DNA of 20,000 bases. It comes from an uncultured virus (IMG/VR IMGVR_UViG_3300020362_000001). Lineage: Duplodnaviria; Heunggongvirae; Uroviricota; Caudoviricetes. Position 1 is the stretch's first letter, and each line of letters opens with the position of its first letter. Below are positions 17,529-20,000 of this stretch, piece after piece. The stretch lies in the IMG/VR virus record IMGVR_UViG_3300020362_000001. One strand, given 5' to 3'. The position numbers and the translations under genes were made by a program. Below the pieces are notes generated by a model that saw nothing but the letters and a program-made list of their open reading frames with translations, did no database searches and was not told the origin of the DNA.

Positions 17529-18343
17529 AACATTTGGTATTAGGTTCTAGTGGTCAAATTGGTGCTCATCTTGTAAAATATTTACAAGATAAAGGAGAAC
17601 AAGTATATGAAATGGATATTGAGTATAGACCATACCATGATTTACGGTTGCAAGAGAATATGGTATTAAATACTTACTTAGATACCTGTGATATAGTACA
17701 TTTTTTAGCATATGATGTAGGGGGAGCCAAGTACCTTGAAAAAAATCAAGATAAGTTTGATTTTATAAATAATAATATGCGTATTATGTCTAATACTTTT
17801 GAATTAATTAATAAATTTAAAAAACCATTTATATTTGCTTCATCTCAAATGTCCGAAATGGGATATTCAAGTTATGGTATGTTAAAAGCGTTAGGTGAAA
17901 AAATAACTAAAGATTTAGGTGGTTTAGTAGTAAGATTTTGGAATGTTTATGGATATGAAACTGATGATAATAAATCTCACGTAATAACTGATTTTATTAA
18001 AATGGCTAAAAAAGATAACGTCATAAACATGAGGACAGATGGTACTGAATCAAGACAATTTCTATATGCAGAAGATGCTTGTGAGGCACTTTTAACTTTA
18101 TCAAGAAAATACTATGAATTAGATAAAACACAAGATTATTGTATTACTAGTTTTAAATGGAGTAAAGTATATGAAATAGCACAAATTCTGGATGTACTAT
18201 CCAGTTGTGAAGTAATCCCTAGTGATAGACAAGATGAAACACAACGTAACGCAATGAATGAACCGGATCCATATATTAAAAAATATTGGAAACCAAAGAC
18301 TAGTTTAGAACAAGGTGTAATGAAATTATATAACAAATATTAA
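17525..18343 (+). CDS. NAD-dependent epimerase/dehydratase (extended SDR)
   Basis: VLGSSGQIG, HFLAYDVGG, FIFASS, YGMLK (YxxxK), RFWNVYG, DG...RQFLYAED. Confidence 0.85.
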   Translation: MKHLVLGSSGQIGAHLVKYLQDKGEQVYEMDIEYRPYHDLRLQENMVLNTYLDTCDIVHFLAYDVGGAKYLEKNQDKFDFINNNMRIMSNTFELINKFKKPFIFASSQMSEMGYSSYGMLKALGEKITKDLGGLVVRFWNVYGYETDDNKSHVITDFIKMAKKDNVINMRTDGTESRQFLYAEDACEALLTLSRKYYELDKTQDYCITSFKWSKVYEIAQILDVLSSCEVIPSDRQDETQRNAMNEPDPYIKKYWKPKTSLEQGVMKLYNKY

Positions 18344-18924
18344 TGTCTCATATAAGTGATTTAATTAATAGAACCCTTAACGGGGAGGGTAATAGTGATC
18401 AACACACTATGACTATTTTTAGTATTGTTTTACAATTAAAGGCCCAAAATATACTTGAATTAGGCATTTATGAGGGAAATACTAGTGTTCCTTTAGCATT
18501 TGGAGCATCATTAACAGGTGGAAAATTAACATCCGTAGATAATTTTGTTAGAGCACAAAATTATCCTGAAGATTTAAATGATTATAGAACTGTTATACAA
18601 AAAGATAGTATTAAATTTTTAGAAGAAGAAGTAGAAAAAAAATCATATTATGATTTAGTTTATATAGATGATTGGCATGAATATTCACATGTTAAAAGAG
18701 AATTAGAATTAATTGATAAATTAATAGATAATAAATCTGTTATACTATTACATGATTTAATGGCTTTTACTTATCCTGTATATCACCAACCCTTAGAGGC
18801 AAATAAAGATACCGAATGGGGAGAAGGTGGACCTACAAGAGCAGTATTTGAACTAAATAAAGATCACTGGGAATGGTCTACCATCCCAGTTAATAATGGT
18901 TTAACTATATTAAGACGCATATGA
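18343..18924 (+). CDS. Class I SAM-dependent methyltransferase (Methyltransf_24-like)
   Basis: ILELGIYEG, LTSVD, DS, YDLVYIDDWHEY, ILLHD, NGLTI. Confidence 0.85.
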   Translation: MSHISDLINRTLNGEGNSDQHTMTIFSIVLQLKAQNILELGIYEGNTSVPLAFGASLTGGKLTSVDNFVRAQNYPEDLNDYRTVIQKDSIKFLEEEVEKKSYYDLVYIDDWHEYSHVKRELELIDKLIDNKSVILLHDLMAFTYPVYHQPLEANKDTEWGEGGPTRAVFELNKDHWEWSTIPVNNGLTILRRI

Positions 18925-19634
18925 AACAAGGTATTGTAATACAAGGTCCTACCGATTTTTATAAAGAAATGGCTGATCATTATTCTAAATATGATAAAGT
19001 AGTTTGGGCTACATGGAATGATGAATCCGCATTAAGATTAGATTATATTAAATCTAAAGGTATAGAAGTAGTATTAGTTGAAAAACCTGAAGTATTAGGT
19101 TATATGAATGTTAATATGCAAGTAAAATCTACATTTGCTGGTTTAGAATATTTACAGGAAGCTAATTGTTGTGTTCCTTATTCCGAAAAAGTAGATGAAG
19201 TATTAAAAGTTAGAAGTGATACTATTATAACTAATTTAGATAAGTTATTACCTAGATTAAAAGGTAATTATATGTCTTTTATGGCAACTTGTAAAACAGG
19301 AGTTAGAAAAGATTTAGCTTATGATTTAGTTTATTATCATGATAGCCATGACTACCCAGCTGATAATGTTGTTTATGGTAAAATGGGAGATATGCTTGCA
19401 ATGTTTGATTTTCAAATAGATGAGTTAATGCCCATTCCACCTGAAGCTTTAATTACTTGGAATTATATGACTAGTAAAAATCTTACATTTCATTTAAGTT
19501 ATAAAAATATGATAAATGAAGGTATTACTTTCTTTTTAAAGGATTGTTTAGATGAAAATGTTGAAGTAAATTGGTTGAAACGTAAGGTAAATTTAGTAGA
19601 TTGGTATAAAGATAAAACGGTATACGAGTGGTAA
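18921..19634 (+). CDS. WavE-like polysaccharide synthesis protein
   Basis: IVIQGP, ATW, NVNMQVKSTFAGL and LKVRSD resemble WavE-family motifs. Confidence 0.65.
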   Translation: MKQGIVIQGPTDFYKEMADHYSKYDKVVWATWNDESALRLDYIKSKGIEVVLVEKPEVLGYMNVNMQVKSTFAGLEYLQEANCCVPYSEKVDEVLKVRSDTIITNLDKLLPRLKGNYMSFMATCKTGVRKDLAYDLVYYHDSHDYPADNVVYGKMGDMLAMFDFQIDELMPIPPEALITWNYMTSKNLTFHLSYKNMINEGITFFLKDCLDENVEVNWLKRKVNLVDWYKDKTVYEW

Positions 19635-20000
19635 AATTAATTATATTTGACTTAGATGGTGTACTAGTTGAAGCTAAAAATATACACTTTGAAGCACTTA
19701 ATAAAGCATTAGGCAGTTATGCTATTAGTTGGAATGAGCATTTATCAACTTATGATGGACTAAAAACATTTCAAAAATTAGAAATGTTAAGTAAAGAAAA
19801 AGGATTACCTAAAGAGGATCATCCTGCTATTTGGAAAAATAAACAAAAATACACTTTAGAAGCTTTATCTAATTTAAAAATAAATTCTGATTTATTAAGT
19901 ACTATAGCTCATTTATCTAAGGATGGATATAAAATAGTATGTTGTTCTAACTCTATAAGAAAAACAGTACTAACGGTTTTAGCTAAATTAGGTTTAATTG
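19628..20000 (+). CDS. HAD-superfamily hydrolase (phosphatase), 3' truncated by the window edge
   Basis: Not in the ORF track. Manual translation from GTG 19628 gives MVKLIIFDLDGVLVEAKNIHFEALNKAL...GYKIVCCSNSIRKTV..., with motif I DxD and motif II SN, open to the window end. Confidence 0.88.
   Translation, partial: MVKLIIFDLDGVLVEAKNIHFEALNKALGSYAISWNEHLSTYDGLKTFQKLEMLSKEKGLPKEDHPAIWKNKQKYTLEALSNLKINSDLLSTIAHLSKDGYKIVCCSNSIRKTVLTVLAKLGLI

Noticed and set aside
4586..18336. Five minus-strand ORFs (4586-5008, 9779-10027, 13894-14139, 14647-14838, 18136-18336)
   Set aside because: Each lies wholly antisense to a well-supported + strand gene, has Ser/Leu/Phe/Ile-rich shadow composition and shows no motifs.
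1..20000. Stop-codon reassignment as seen in some large phages
   Set aside because: The standard code gives full-length genes at near-complete coding density. TGA (e.g. 3811, 9729) and TAG (13073) end genes at the expected protein ends.

Overview
AT-rich window (roughly 25-30% GC by spot counts) of tightly packed, often overlapping + strand genes. The left part (1-4037) looks like the core of a large tailed dsDNA phage: the 3' end of a GroEL chaperonin, T4 gp44/RFC-like and gp62-like clamp-loader subunits, a DUF1599/Nmad1-like protein, a 4-Cys PD-(D/E)XK (Cas4/RecB-like) nuclease and a small ribbon-helix-helix-like protein. From 4044 to the window end is a glycan biosynthesis cluster of at least 16 kb with no evident membrane proteins. 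It encodes two GT-B and one GT2 glycosyltransferases, Fcl, Gmd, a GT10-like transferase, two methyltransferases, a WavE-like protein and a HAD hydrolase. Its most unusual part is a contiguous module (10973-16624): His-for-Lys PLP sugar 3-dehydratase, NDP-hexose 4,6-dehydratase, ThDP enzyme, PanB homologue and SDR. I read this as a candidate pathway for a C4-branched 3,6-dideoxy sugar (yersiniose-like) with an extra hydroxymethyltransferase step. All calls are from motif recognition only. No database searches were run.
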